From NCBI GenBank assembly GCA_963708075.1, contig OY970194.1:6144001-6208000 (forward strand): a DNA stretch of 64,000 bases, given 5' to 3'. Below, one piece after another: positions 1-11,326 of this stretch. The position numbers were made by a program, and so were the translations under genes. Within the stretch, counting starts at the first letter, position 1, and every line of letters begins with the position of its first letter. The notes beneath the pieces are model-generated. The model had not been told where the DNA came from. It did no database searches and saw only the letters and a list, made by a program, of their open reading frames with translations. Origin of the DNA: Sedimentisphaerales bacterium (GTDB lineage: Bacteria; Planctomycetota; Phycisphaerae; Sedimentisphaerales; Anaerobacaceae).

Positions 1-800
1 TCGGGATTGTCGTCCCGGAGCATCTCGGCGAATTGCTCGGGGGAGTCCTTCGTCCACGTGCCCTCGTGCATCTGATGCCACGCGGAGGGTCGGGGAATCG
101 AGTTGCCGGTGGAGATCATGCGATGCGGATCGTGCTTGCGGACCTCGCGTGCGAACTCGCGGAACGCCGTGCGGACCATCTCGTGCGTGAGGATGTCGCG
201 GTCGCTGCGCGTGGCCGGTGTTCCAAGCTGCGGCAAGGTGGGCGGCAGATGCTCCTTTGCGTTCGGCAGGTCTGCGTCCAGGTTGTACTCGTTGCCGAAC
301 TCCCATGCCCAGATCGCGGGCGAATTCAGGTACCGAGTCACAACCTCGCGGGTGTAGGTACGCATGAACTCGTGCGTTTTGCTGTTGGGATTGCCCCATT
401 GATCGCAGGGCTCGTGCACCAGATCGGGGACGGCCGGCAGGTACCAGAACAAGCTGGGGATCAGGCCGGCGCCATGCTTTTCCGCCGAGCGAACGACGCC
501 GTCCAGCAGCTCGAAGTACTTCGCCCTGTCCTTCAGGTACAGACTCATCTCGGCCGGCCAGAAACCTGTGCACATGAACCGGGCGAAGGGAATCCCATTG
601 TCGGCGAGAATTCGAAAGCCGGCATCATACGACGTGTCATTGGGATCGTGGAGTGTGCGGGAGAAGGCGTCGAAGTAGTTGACGCCGATCGCGCGGCAGG
701 GGGCTCCGTTCTTGAGCAATACTCCGTCGCGAACGCTCAGGCCCGGTGCGCCGGCGACGATTGCCGCGATCAAGCTGCACAACCATGGTGAAGCTGCCAT
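1..800 (-). CDS. Glycoside hydrolase, clan GH-A (GH5/cellulase-like), secreted; 3' end runs off the window
   Basis: Not in the ORF track because it is truncated. Manual translation from ATG 800 (AGGAG RBS upstream): MAASPWLCSLIAAIVAGAPGLSVRDGVLLKNG...IGVNYFD...SPAIWAWEFGNE, containing the GH-A NE acid/base motif. Confidence 0.75.
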   Translation of the reverse strand, partial: MAASPWLCSLIAAIVAGAPGLSVRDGVLLKNGAPCRAIGVNYFDAFSRTLHDPNDTSYDAGFRILADNGIPFARFMCTGFWPAEMSLYLKDRAKYFELLDGVVRSAEKHGAGLIPSLFWYLPAVPDLVHEPCDQWGNPNSKTHEFMRTYTREVVTRYLNSPAIWAWEFGNEYNLDADLPNAKEHLPPTLPQLGTPATRSDRDILTHEMVRTAFREFAREVRKHDPHRMISTGNSIPRPSAWHQMHEGTWTKDSPEQFAEMLRDDNP

Positions 801-953
801 GAGTACGAATCTCCTACTAAACTACGCGGACATGATAGCGGGACCAGTCCCATCTTGTCACGGTGGCTGATTCATTCCGTGCAGAAATTCCTGCATTGAC
901 ATCAGGACTCGTTGTTGCTGAAGTACAGGCAGATTGCAGATGGAGTGACCTCT

Positions 954-1853
954 ATGAAGTACAGGCGACTGGGAAAGACCGGGTTGCAGGTGTCCGTGGT
1001 CGGGGTGGGGACATGGCAGCTCGGAGGCGAGTGGGGCAAGGAGTTCGAGCAGAGAGAGGTGAACGCGATCCTCTCGAAAGCGGCCGAGCTTGGGATCAAC
1101 CTGATCGACACGGCTGAGTGCTACGGGGATCATCTGGCGGAAAGACTCATCGGCAGGGCGATCCGGGGCCACCGTGAGAAGTGGATCATCGCCACCAAAT
1201 TCGGCCACAGGTTCAGTGGCCCCTTTCAACGGGACGACGTGTACGAGCCGGCACAGGTGCAGGACCAGTTGGCCCGATCGCTGGAGGCGCTACAGACGGA
1301 CTACATCGATCTGTACCAGTTCCACAGCGGCACGGACCCGATGTTCGACATGCCGGGACTGTGGGAGACATTGCGAGGCTTCGTCGACGCCGGGACCGTT
1401 CGGCACCTCGGTATCTCCGTCAGCAGCAAACGCGCCAGCCTTTACCAGGTGAACACCGCCTCGCAGGTCGGCGCCGAGGCCATCCAAGTCGTCTACAATC
1501 GTGTCAATCGCAGCGCCGAGCATGAGATTCTCCCGTCCTGCCGGCGACAGGACCTCGGCGTGCTGGCGCGGGTGCCGCTGGCCAGCGGATTCCTCAGCGG
1601 CAAGTACACGAAGGCTACCCGATTTCCGGCCACTGATGTCCGGACCGCCTGGCAGAGTGAGGAAGAGAGACGCAAGCTCATCGAGGAGGCTGAACAGATC
1701 AGGAAGATGGAAGTCCCCCAGGGCGCCCCCATGGCCCAGTGGGCCCTCGCCTGGTGCCTGCGAAACCCGGCCGTCTCCTGCGTCATCCCCGGCTGCAAGA
1801 ACGTCGAGCAGGTAGAGTCGAACGCCTTGGCTGCCGACCTGTTGCCCGGTTAA
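954..1853 (+). CDS. Aldo/keto reductase
   Basis: MKYRRLGKTGLQVSVVGVGTW, IDTAECYG, IATKFG, SLEALQTDYIDLYQFH and PLASGFLSGKY motifs; GGAG RBS before ATG 954. Confidence 0.95.
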   Translation: MKYRRLGKTGLQVSVVGVGTWQLGGEWGKEFEQREVNAILSKAAELGINLIDTAECYGDHLAERLIGRAIRGHREKWIIATKFGHRFSGPFQRDDVYEPAQVQDQLARSLEALQTDYIDLYQFHSGTDPMFDMPGLWETLRGFVDAGTVRHLGISVSSKRASLYQVNTASQVGAEAIQVVYNRVNRSAEHEILPSCRRQDLGVLARVPLASGFLSGKYTKATRFPATDVRTAWQSEEERRKLIEEAEQIRKMEVPQGAPMAQWALAWCLRNPAVSCVIPGCKNVEQVESNALAADLLPG

Positions 1854-1895
1854 CAGAGGTCGCAAAAGAGTCCCTCGTGGCGTGTTGTATGTATC

Positions 1896-1979
1896 CGGGT
1901 GGCAGCGGCAAGGGCCGAAGGCTTTGCCGATGGCGGATGGGCAAACCATCGGTAAGCCGGCGCTTGCCGCTGCCACCCG
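1896..1979. repeat. Palindromic REP/MITE-like element, family A (GGGTGGCAGCG(G/T)CAAG...CTTG(C/A)CGCTGCCACCC), copy 1
   Basis: Terminal inverted repeats of about 17 bp with an inner TTGCCGATGG/CCATCGGTAA stem; related copies at 43118, 53697, 60398 and 62043. Confidence 0.85.
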
Positions 1980-2000
1980 TTGAAAGCTGAAATGCACAAT

Positions 2001-4309
2001 CTACTTGGCGGCTTCGATCAGCCTTTTGCACAGGGCAACGTGCTCTTCGAGCGTCTTGGCAAGTTCCTCGTTGCCCTGGCTGTGGGCGAGGGCAAGGGCC
2101 TTTTCCTCGTGCTGCAGGGCCTCGCGGAACTTGCGGCTCTTGAGATAGCTCGTGGCGAACAGATGGTGCAGTGCGGCCGATGTGTCCACCCGGGGATTGA
2201 GGCTGACGGCCTTCTTGTAGAAGGCGAGGGCCTCATCGGTCCGGCCGAGGTCAGCCAGAGTGACGGCCAGCCGATAGTGCACTTCCGGATGGCTGGGGCT
2301 GCGGCGCAGGGCGTCCAACAGCGGGGCCTCCGCCTGCTTGGATTGGCCCGCCGCGATCAACGCTTCCGCAAGGCTGAGCCGCATCCGCACCGGCTCGTAC
2401 TGGTCGTCAAAACCATTTGGTGCTCGCTGGATCGACTCCGACAAAAGGCGAATAGCGTCGCCCAGTTTGCCCTGGTGCATGTACGCCATGCCGAGATCGT
2501 ACTGGATCCGCGGCTCCTGGGCGTCGAGCTTCGACGCTTTGAGCAGGTGGGTCATTCCCTCGTCGAATCTGCCCTTGACCTGGTAGAGGAGGAATCCGAG
2601 CTTATGGTGGGCCGTGACGTTGTCGGGATTCAGCTCCAGCGCCTTGTTGTACTCCGCGATAGCATTGTCCGCGTCCCCCTGATTGAAGAACTCGTTGCCT
2701 GCCCGGACGAAGGAATAGTCGTTGAGAAACTGCTCGTGGATTTTCACAATGGCGGTGGGCTGGGTATTGACGAATTCGGGGATATTCGCGGCCCGGTCGG
2801 CGCGGTCAAATGGGCCAGCAGAACCGCCGGAGAGCTCTCGCCATTTTCGTCGATGTGCGTAAGGCACAGTTGCGTGTAATCCGAGTACGCCTTGGAGCTG
2901 AAGACGAGCCATTTGCCATTTGGCGACCAGCTATGCCAGGAGTTCATCCGGCGGGTATTGGCGTGGAGCCTGCGGGCTTGGCCGCCCTCGGCGGGGATGA
3001 TGTATAGCTCACTGTCCGGCTGGAGCAGCATGTAGCTTCTGGCCTTGCAGAACACGATCCATCGGCCATCCGGCGAGTATCGTGGAAAGAAGTTGCTGAC
3101 GCCATTGTTCGATGCGCCTTTGATCGGCTCGGGCGTCCCTCCCTGGCCATCATTGAACGGGAGCCTGTAGAGGTCGAACAGGAACGGCTTGCCGTCCTCG
3201 ACAAATTCCTTGCATTCTTCGCGAGTCAGCAGGACTTTGCCTTGGCCCTGGGTATCCTTGAGGTCGTACGCCCGGGCCCGGGCAAAGACGATATACTTGC
3301 CGTCGGGGCTCCAGGTGGGATTGCTCTGGACGAACTCGGAGTTATCGGCGCCGGGCAGGGCGCGGAAGTCGCCCGTCTGCCTGTCGTACAGACACAGGAT
3401 GCCCTTGAGTGGGAAGAACAGTTGTGAGAAGGCCAGCGCCGGCTGGGGGACGAAGACGGATTTGTCTTTCACGGTGCTCAGGACGTACCGGCCGTCGGGC
3501 GAAATTTGTGACAACAGGCCGAACGTCTGCTCGCCGTCCTCTTTGCGATAATCGTTCCACGTGATGACGTCGCTGGTGGCGAGCGTCATTTGCGGCCGAA
3601 CCCGCGTGATCACATACGAGCCTTTGCTGTTGGCGTAGTCCACGTCCATCGCGAGGACGCTGCCGTCCCGGTTGAACGAGTGGCAATTGCCGCACACGGG
3701 CAGGTTCTGCAGTACGATCGGCGGCGGCTGCGGCGACGAGATCGCCCCAAATCGCCAGCGGATCAGCGACGGGTCCTTCACCGCGTCGACAAAGGGCAGG
3801 TTCACCTCGCGATAAAACAGCGGGGCGCCCACTTCATCCCTCGATGTCCGGATGGACAGGCGGGCGCCGGTGAGGATCTTCGGGGACGCATCGGCGGCTA
3901 CGCCAAGGATCGCGACACGGGCGTCCTGTTCCAGGGAACCATTTTTGATGGTCTCCCAATCCTGCGGCGAGGGCGTCCATTGTGGCTCGCGCGTCAGGAA
4001 ACTCATCGCCGACGCTCCATTGCCGAGTTCGATCCGGACGAGCCATGCGGAACATTTGGGATTGGCGTCGGTCCACCAGAACGTGGGCGGCACGATCTCC
4101 GGCGGAAACAGCGTCCCGTCGCCGGGATAGCTGATCGTAATGCCGGCGTAGTTCGCGTCCGCCCGATAGCCGGCGAGGACATCCTCAGCACGAATCGTGT
4201 CATGGCGAATAGCAATGAGTGCGATTGCCGCAATGATGACGACTGCGGCTGTGACAACTACACCTGCAAGGGCTTGCTTACTCATGACGGACTTTCTCGA
4301 TCGGGCCAT
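2001..4309 (-). CDS. TolB/PD40-like beta-propeller protein with CxxCH motif and C-terminal TPR repeats (one frameshift at about 2799)
   Basis: ORF 2744-4309 (N-terminal hydrophobic helix, CGNCH, repeated WSPDG/YSPDG) joins ORF 2001-2912 (TPR repeats) as ...AHLTAPDRAANIPEF if one base is restored. Confidence 0.8.
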
Positions 4310-4397
4310 CCATCCCCGAGCTCATGCACGTCAGCATTGCCGTTCAGGCACCGTGGCGTCTTGGATGTTATCGGCCAAGCTCCGAAAAAAGTCCACG

Positions 4398-4436
4398 AAA
4401 AAAAGGAGCCTGTCCATGGGTACGGACAGGCTCCTT
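4398..4436 (-). terminator. Intrinsic terminator downstream of the LamG gene
   Basis: 13-bp stem AAGGAGCCTGTCC/GGACAGGCTCCTT, followed on the minus strand by a T run. Confidence 0.75.
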
Positions 4437-4515
4437 GACTAAAATCTACTATGGTGCGACTGAGCCGATTCTTGGACCAGCCTGATCGCACTTACGGGCG
4501 AATCATTATTCGCCC

Positions 4516-7500
4516 CTACTTACCCGCAAGCGTCATGATCTCGGCCGCGGACAGAACTGTGTCATAGATCCGGACATCATCGAGCGCGCCGTTGAACGCG
4601 TTGCCCCCGTTCGGATCGTCGGAGCCGAAGTGCAGGGCTGCCTCCGTGTCCAGACCGAACGAGAAGCCACCGTTGCCGGTTTCTGCGCCATTGATGTAGA
4701 ACCTTGCGGTCGTCCCGTCGAAGGCCACAGCGACGTGGGTCCACACACCTACCGGTAGTGTGGCGCCGCCGCTGCCCGGGTAGCTGTCGTAGCGGGCGAA
4801 CCCGATCGTACCGCTATCCCGGTTGACCTCGAGATGCCACATCATGTCGTCCAGGGCCCAGCCGTCACGCTTGCCGATCAGACCCTGCCACTGGTCGCTG
4901 GCGCCATCCCACTTTGCCCACAAAGCAACGGTGAGCTTACCTGTTGCGGCCGAGGGGTTGAATGTGCCCAGCTCGACGTTCTGGTGGCCGCCGGTCCCAT
5001 CGAAGAGCATGCCCTGGCCCAGACCCGTCGGGCCGGCTACATACTTGGCTGGGAAGTTCGGGTCGCCGGCCAGCGTGCCGTCATGCCCGTTGCCGGTGCT
5101 GTCCGTCAGATTGCCATCGAGCTTGTAATGTGCGACCAGGCCCACCGGCTTCATGCCGATCCGGATATCGTCGATGAGCAGCATTCCAGCCGCTTTCGAC
5201 ACGGCCGTCCTGCTCCCGACGCCGATGGCCATCTTCGTGACAGCGGCCATATCCACGCCGGTGAAGTCCGCCATCGAGATCGTCCACTCGGTCCACGCCT
5301 CCGTCGTAAAAATGGCGGGATTGTTGTACGCCACAGTAATGGTCTTGCCGGCGCTATCCTCTATCCTGATATACAGGGCGTCGGCCACGTTACCGGCCTT
5401 GCCATAGACGTAGAGGTTCATTGCGTTGAAGCTGTTGACCGTCCAGTTCTGCGGCTGGGCCCACGTGCGCGTGGCCTCGGAGTATCCGGCAGTCTGGTTG
5501 TCGTAGTACAGGGGCATAGCCTGGCTGCCGCTGTGGACCGTCGCGGTCTCTATGATCGTCGGGTGCCCGCTGCCTGGCGTCCAGACATCGTGCCCGACGG
5601 CAGCGTCGCTGCCGTTGCCTTTATTGCCGCCCGGGAAGAACTCGTCTTCCGAGAAGCCGTAGCCGTCGGTCCAGATCTGGAACACACGGTTGGGCGAATC
5701 CTCGCCGTAGCTCTCGAAATCATCCACGACGAGGAAGTTGCCGGTCGTGAAGTCCCAAACCGGCCCGGCCCACGGGCTGTCCGGATTGGCATCGTTGACG
5801 GCGTCTATCCGCCAGAAGTACTGGGTGTTGAACTTCAGGAGATTGGGGTCGAAGCTGGTCCCATCGAGCGAGACGAAAAGCACGGCCGGGTCGCTGTCGC
5901 CTTCGGCGGCCGCCACCGCGGCGCGTGATGTGCCCAGATACAGGCTATGGGATTTCGCCTGCGCGCTGCGCTCCAATTGAGCAGGGTCTCGACGTTGATA
6001 TCCTTGGCCCCGCTTGTCGGCTGCGGATTCAGCGGGATGCCGCCGCCGGACAGCTTCATGTTGTCGATGTAGAACCACACCGTGCCGGCGTAGTCGGCAC
6101 TGTTCGCGTTGACGACCACTTGGAGCTCGAGATAGGTGACCTTGTCGAAGTTGGCGTTGATCTGGCTGATTACCTGGCTGTAGTCCCAGGTAACCGAGTC
6201 CGTCCTGTCGCCGTCGTTCTGCGTCCAGCCCGCCCGGTAGCCCAAGTCCCGATACCCACCGTCAAAGCCGGGCACCGCTGCGGCGTCGGTGTTGACGATG
6301 AAGTGCGTGCCATTCCAGGGGGGAATGTCGTCTACCGACCAATCCGCAACCAGGTGCGTGATATCGGCAGTAATCTTGGTGTTCGCGCGGAAGGCCGCCA
6401 AAATGTCCGCATTGTTCGGATCGAGGAGGTTCATCGTGAGGACGCCGGCCCAGGCACCAGTTTCGACCCAGATGTCGGCGCTGTAGTTGTCGAGGGTCAC
6501 GCCGTTGTGGTCGTTGAAAAGTACGTCGGCGCCGCCGCCCGCAACCCAGCGATCCATGTCCTGCTCCCAGTTGCCGAGGATGAAGTCGGTGCTCTTGCCC
6601 GTGTCAATCACGGGGCTGACGATTTGGATGTTGTCGATGTAGAACCTGGCCACGGAGGCTGGGTCCACGTTCGAGATCAGCAGGAACTCGAACCACCCGA
6701 TGGTGTCGTCCGCTCCGGCGATCTTGGTCGTCGCATCATCAGAAAGCACCCACTCGTATGTATGGGGCAGTCCGTCGCGCAGGATATCCTTACTGCCGAG
6801 GTCGATCCAGCCGACGTTTGCCGTTGAGTTGATGACCATCCCAACCTGCATCCAGGTCGTGGTCATGTCGGCCGAAAATGCCGTCACGTCCGCCGTGACC
6901 TTCACGCCCTTCGTTGCCAGCACTACGAGATGGGGCTTCGCGTCTACCTTGGTGAGTTGTTGCCATCCGCCGGGACCATCGACCTGCATAGCCTGGGTGC
7001 CCGCTGTCGCGCCGGTGGTGCCCACCGCGACTGTGCCGGCGGTCCAGGTATCTGTGTACCAGCCGCCAAGACCGCCTTCAAAGCTGCTTACCAGGATGCT
7101 CGCACTCGGCGCCTCGGAGGACACCTGGATGTTGTCGATGTAGAACTTGGTCACCGAGGCGCTGTCCAGGTTCGTCACCACCACCAGCTCGAAATACGAG
7201 ATGTTGTTGTCCGCTGCGGCTATCTTGGCCGTCAGTGCATCCGAAAGCACCCACGTGTACGTATGGGGCTGCCCGTCGCGTATGACATCCTGAGCGCCGA
7301 GCGAGTTCCAGCCGACGTTGTTGTTGGCGCCGTTGTCATTGTTGCTCTGGGCGTTGATGACCATTTCGACCTGCATCCACGCGGTGGTCATGTCAGCCGC
7401 AACCGCCGTCACATCCGCCGTGATCTTCACGCCCTTGGTTGCCAGTGTTGCGCGATGGGCTTTCGCGTCCAGCAGGGCATCTATGTGCCATTCGCCGGGA

Positions 7501-7694
7501 CCATCGACCTGCAGCGCCTGGGCGCCCACTGTCGCACCGGTTGCGCTGAACGAAAGTGTCATACCATCCCCTGCCCGCCAGTTGTCGAGGTTGCCTTCAA
7601 AGTCGCCCACCACATCACCGTAGCTGGTGGAAACGAGGGCGACCGCCAGGACGGCCATCAGGCCAATCCCATACGTAAATTTTTGTCGCATCAT
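4516..7694 (-). CDS. Secreted multidomain protein: three tandem CBM-like jelly-roll repeats, further CBM-like domain and C-terminal LamG domain (one frameshift at about 5966)
   Basis: Signal peptide; three repeats ending FYIDN(I/M); LVVDDFESY domain; LamG motifs WTHVAVAFDG and FNGALDDVRIY. ORFs 5835-7694 and 4516-6078 join as LLNWSAGAQAKSHSLYLG with one G restored. Confidence 0.8.
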
Positions 7695-8015
7695 GATTTA
7701 CCCTCTCTTAAGACTATCCACTGAAATATCGTGATTACGCACAGAACTGACCTTCTACAACCTCCTTTCCCATGGAGCCCCGTCTACCGCGCAGACTCCT
7801 CACAAGTATATCCCCGCATCGGTTTTTCACCGCTTGCGAAAGAATTCTCAGGCCGCTCACATTAGAAGAAATGCGACCGACGAAATGATTGCGCTACCAA
7901 AGACCGCGTTACAAATCACACACTCCTGTCCACCCTACGAATAGGCCCCAATTCCCTTCGCCTGCATGATCCATCTCTAAATGAAATAGACGTTCATGCG
8001 CTTTTCCTTATTGCA

Positions 8016-8045
8016 ATCATAGCAGATACGGCTTCCCGATGTCAA
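8016..8045 (-). promoter_or_regulatory. Putative sigma70 promoter for the LamG gene
   Basis: Minus strand TTGACA-N18-TATGAT. Confidence 0.5.
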
Positions 8046-8145
8046 GCCTGATTGCACAATCGCCTCAACAAATAGGGCACAAGCTCGTCACGATCGGCGA
8101 GCACGTCCGGCAGGGGGATTCCACAGGCGCAGTTCGCGTGGACAG

Positions 8146-8173
8146 GTAGAGACGCAAGGTTTTGCGTCTCTAC
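8146..8173. repeat. GTAG-type REP hairpin
   Basis: GTAGAGACGCAAGGTTTTGCGTCTCTAC, a perfect 12-bp stem; it contains the stop codon of the adjacent oxidoreductase. Confidence 0.8.
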
Positions 8174-9328
8174 GCGGGTCCTTGCCAGGTCTGGCCGAGG
8201 GAATCCGCCAACGGCCAGAAATTCTCATGACTGCCGATCATCTGGACGCCGCGGAGTGCGCCGTTTTCCAGAAGGATGGAGCGATAGACGCATTTCCCGT
8301 CGTCCGACAGGACTTTCTCCTCAAGCTCGTCACCTACAGGCCGGCCGACGGAGTGGAACTCGATATCGGAGTGCTTGAAGGAAAGGGGCGAGAACCGGCT
8401 CGGGGACATAGTTCAGCGGCCTGTCTTGCAGGAAGGCGAGGGCGTTGTCCGCAGCGCTGCGGCCGTGCTGATGTGCCCGTAGGACCGTGGCCGTCCGCAG
8501 GTGATCACGCTGGGCGATATCGCCGCACGCGAAAATCCCAGGCACGGAAGTGCGCAGGTATTCATCGACCACAATCCCCTTGTCGGTTTTTATCGCGGCT
8601 TGTTGGAATAGTGCCAGTTTTCGTGTGGCTCCTACTGTGGTCAGGACCAGATCGCAAGGCAGCTCGGCGGCATCGTCCAGCATGACGCTCAGCCGGCCGT
8701 TCTTCCTCGACATCGCTACGGCGTACCGCCCGGTCAACAGGCGGATGCCTTTTTCCTGCAACCATCGCCCCAGAACGGCAGTGGCCCTGGGGCTGAATTG
8801 CAGCGCCATGGGGCGGTCCATCTTTTCCACGACCGTGACCTCGACCCCGGCCTCGCGGGCGTACAGGGCCGACTCGATCCCGCTGATGCCGCCGCCGAGG
8901 ATAACGAGGTCGCGGGTGGAGCCCAGACGCTCCCGGATGGCCATACTCGCCCCCGCACTCCAAAGGGGGATGACATCGTTGGGGAATTCCTGGATGAACG
9001 CCAAAAGGACGGGACTGGCCCCGGCCGCGATGATCAGGGCGTCAAACAGCTCTTCCTTTCCGCCGGCCGTGATGGCCTTGGCGTGAACATCGATGTGGAT
9101 CACTGGGGCGTTCAGCCGCAGATCGACGCCGTTTTCGTGGTACCACTTCTGCGGCCGCAATTGTATCCCCTCCATCTCGACCCGCCCGAACGCCAGCGCC
9201 ACCACCCGCGGTCGAAAATACGGATACACCGCCTCCTGCGAAAACAGCACCACCTCGGCCCCCCGGCTCTGCGCATGCCGCGCCACCTCCACCCCCGCAT
9301 GTCCCGCCCCAACAATCCCAATCCGCAT
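8170..9328 (-). CDS. FAD-dependent pyridine nucleotide oxidoreductase (NADH:rubredoxin oxidoreductase/NirB-like; one frameshift at about 8393)
   Basis: GIVGAGHAG, ILGGGISGIE and TSVPGIFACGD motifs; C-terminus continues in ORF 8170-8409 as PEPVSPLSFKHSDIEFHSVG. Confidence 0.85.
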
Positions 9329-9397
9329 CGAAATTCCCTTCGATTCAAGTCAACTGTTCTGAGCCCATCTATCCGGTCGAGCAACAGCCCTCCGTCA

Positions 9398-9562
9398 TGT
9401 CATTCCCGCGAAGGCGGGAATCCAGACACGCACCGAAGGTCCTGGACCCCCGCCTGCGCGGGGGTGACATACTGTGGGCTACTCCAACATCACGTCCGCG
9501 CTCGCGTGGACATGCCCGGTCCAGGGAGAGAACATGCTTACGCGAGCGTAAGAATGGCACCC
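9398..9562. repeat. REP cluster (two families)
   Basis: Inverted pair TGTCATTCCCGCGAAGGCGGGAATCCA / TGGACCCCCGCCTGCGCGGGGGTGACA, plus CATGCTTACGCGAGCGTAAGAATGGCACCC, which recurs almost identically at about 60102-60131. Confidence 0.8.
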
Positions 9563-9683
9563 GTCCATTTTACGCTCTCAAGTACCCAGAAACGATCTGA
9601 AATGCAAGCAGCCAGATGGGATACGCGGGGCGTCGCGCAGTGTGCGTTGCAGTCTCACGCCTGAAGACCCGCTCCGTCACAGG

Positions 9684-11021
9684 CTATCTCTTGGGCAAGG
9701 CGGGAGGTGGTGGGGTCGGAGCGGGGTGGGTGTCCTTCAACCAGTGACTCGCCATGATCGCCCAATCCGCAAAATCCACCCGGCAGTCACCGTTAATGTC
9801 ACCGGGGATCATCGTCTCACAGATTGGCTCGCCGAAGTAAGATTTGCTCGCCTCCGGCGTTCCACCATACACGCCCAAATTGATCCGCCCGCTGTTCGGG
9901 AACGGTTCCACGCCGAGGGGACTGGCTGGATCACCGGCGTCAATGGCGGGACTTGTTACATCGTCCTTGACCCAACTCCTGCTGACCGGGTCCCAGCGTC
10001 CAGCCTGGCTCTTCAAGTGGTAATCACCTTGGACCCAGAAGTCATCGGTTAGGTCATCCGGCGTGCCGTTCGGGTCCCAGTAGTCGGCGCGGGCAAAGAG
10101 CTGATCAAGCGGTGGACACTCAACACCCTTGGGTTTGCATGACGAGGAGGCGATGCCCACGAGACTGTATGCGATCCGGCAGTATATGGACGGGTCCCTT
10201 GCATATTGCGGCTGCGGAGAGCCAATATCAATATTAGCGTTTTCGCACACGATGGAATTGCGCATTGTCAGCAAACCCGAACCAAATATCCCACCAAATG
10301 TCGGCGCGGAGTTCCCTGAGATCGTGCAGTTCACTATGGTGATGGGTCCACACGCCAAGGCCCCGCCGGTCCCGGTTGTACGATTGCCCGTGATCAGGCA
10401 ATTGGTGAGCGTCGCAGGTGACGCCCTGATCAATACTCCCCCTCCCGTTCCCGAGATTCCCTTGGCCGCCATGTCCGGAGAAGGGGCCATGTTGCCGGAA
10501 ATGACACAATTCGCGATAACCACTTCAGAACAGTCCCGGCATGCAATCCCACCACCCATTCGGGCGTTATTGCCGACAATTATGCAATTCACGATGCGTG
10601 GACTGCCACCGTAACAGTATATTCCACCCCCCTCCACGGCGCCATAAGCCCCTGTTATCGTAAAGCCTTCAAGGGTACGTGTGGGACTCTTGGCATCATC
10701 CCCAAAGAGGACGAAGCCCTGGCGACGTTGGGACGGGTTGCCACCGCAGTTGATGATACAGCTTTGAGGACCTCTCTCGCTCTTGATCGTGATGGCCTTT
10801 GCGTAAACACGGATGTCCCGGTTACCGTCGTCGGTGCAGGTGCCGGGGGCGACGAGGACTACGTCGCCGTCGTTGGCGTCATCGATGGCGGCTTGGATGG
10901 TTGGGTAATCCGCCGGGCCGTTGTTGTTCACGGTGATGGTTCTGGCGAATGTGGCTGCGGTGAGGCTCAGGGCCAGGGCGAACACACTTTCCGCAAATCC
11001 CGGGGTCTTGTTTCGCTCCAT
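9684..11021 (-). CDS. Secreted right-handed beta-helix (pectin lyase-like) protein with C-terminal dockerin-like motif
   Basis: ADYPTIQAAID, GGGIYC repeats, GDYHLKSQAGRWDP, SPAIDAGDP and GDINGDCRVDFAD motifs. Confidence 0.8.
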   Translation of the reverse strand: MERNKTPGFAESVFALALSLTAATFARTITVNNNGPADYPTIQAAIDDANDGDVVLVAPGTCTDDGNRDIRVYAKAITIKSERGPQSCIINCGGNPSQRRQGFVLFGDDAKSPTRTLEGFTITGAYGAVEGGGIYCYGGSPRIVNCIIVGNNARMGGGIACRDCSEVVIANCVISGNMAPSPDMAAKGISGTGGGVLIRASPATLTNCLITGNRTTGTGGALACGPITIVNCTISGNSAPTFGGIFGSGLLTMRNSIVCENANIDIGSPQPQYARDPSIYCRIAYSLVGIASSSCKPKGVECPPLDQLFARADYWDPNGTPDDLTDDFWVQGDYHLKSQAGRWDPVSRSWVKDDVTSPAIDAGDPASPLGVEPFPNSGRINLGVYGGTPEASKSYFGEPICETMIPGDINGDCRVDFADWAIMASHWLKDTHPAPTPPPPALPKR

Positions 11022-11326
11022 GTTTCTGCCTCCTTCATGTGAATAGATGATTCCAACGACTCATGATGCCGCACCCCCAGGTACAGACAATCAGCGCGGA
11101 CGGTAATTCGCTGTACGAAGGTGGGCGAATATGAAAGAGGCTACAAAAATATGATGACGACCAGGAATATGATAGTGTTCCCGGCCCGCCTTCGTGTGTC
11201 AGTTGTTACCAGTATCTTACAGCTTCCGCCGCGGGCGTGCAAGGATATTCGCGTGTATGCCGGCCGGTTGATAGAATGAAGCCTAGGTTTTCATTCGGGG
11301 AAAAGGCGACTCGCTTGGGAGTTGTT

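Noticed and set aside
33..791. 252-aa plus-strand ORF
   Set aside because: Antisense shadow of the truncated minus-strand GH-A gene, which has an RBS and catalytic motif.
919..966. 12-bp direct repeat TGAAGTACAGGC around the aldo/keto reductase start
   Set aside because: A single short duplication with no other support; could be chance.
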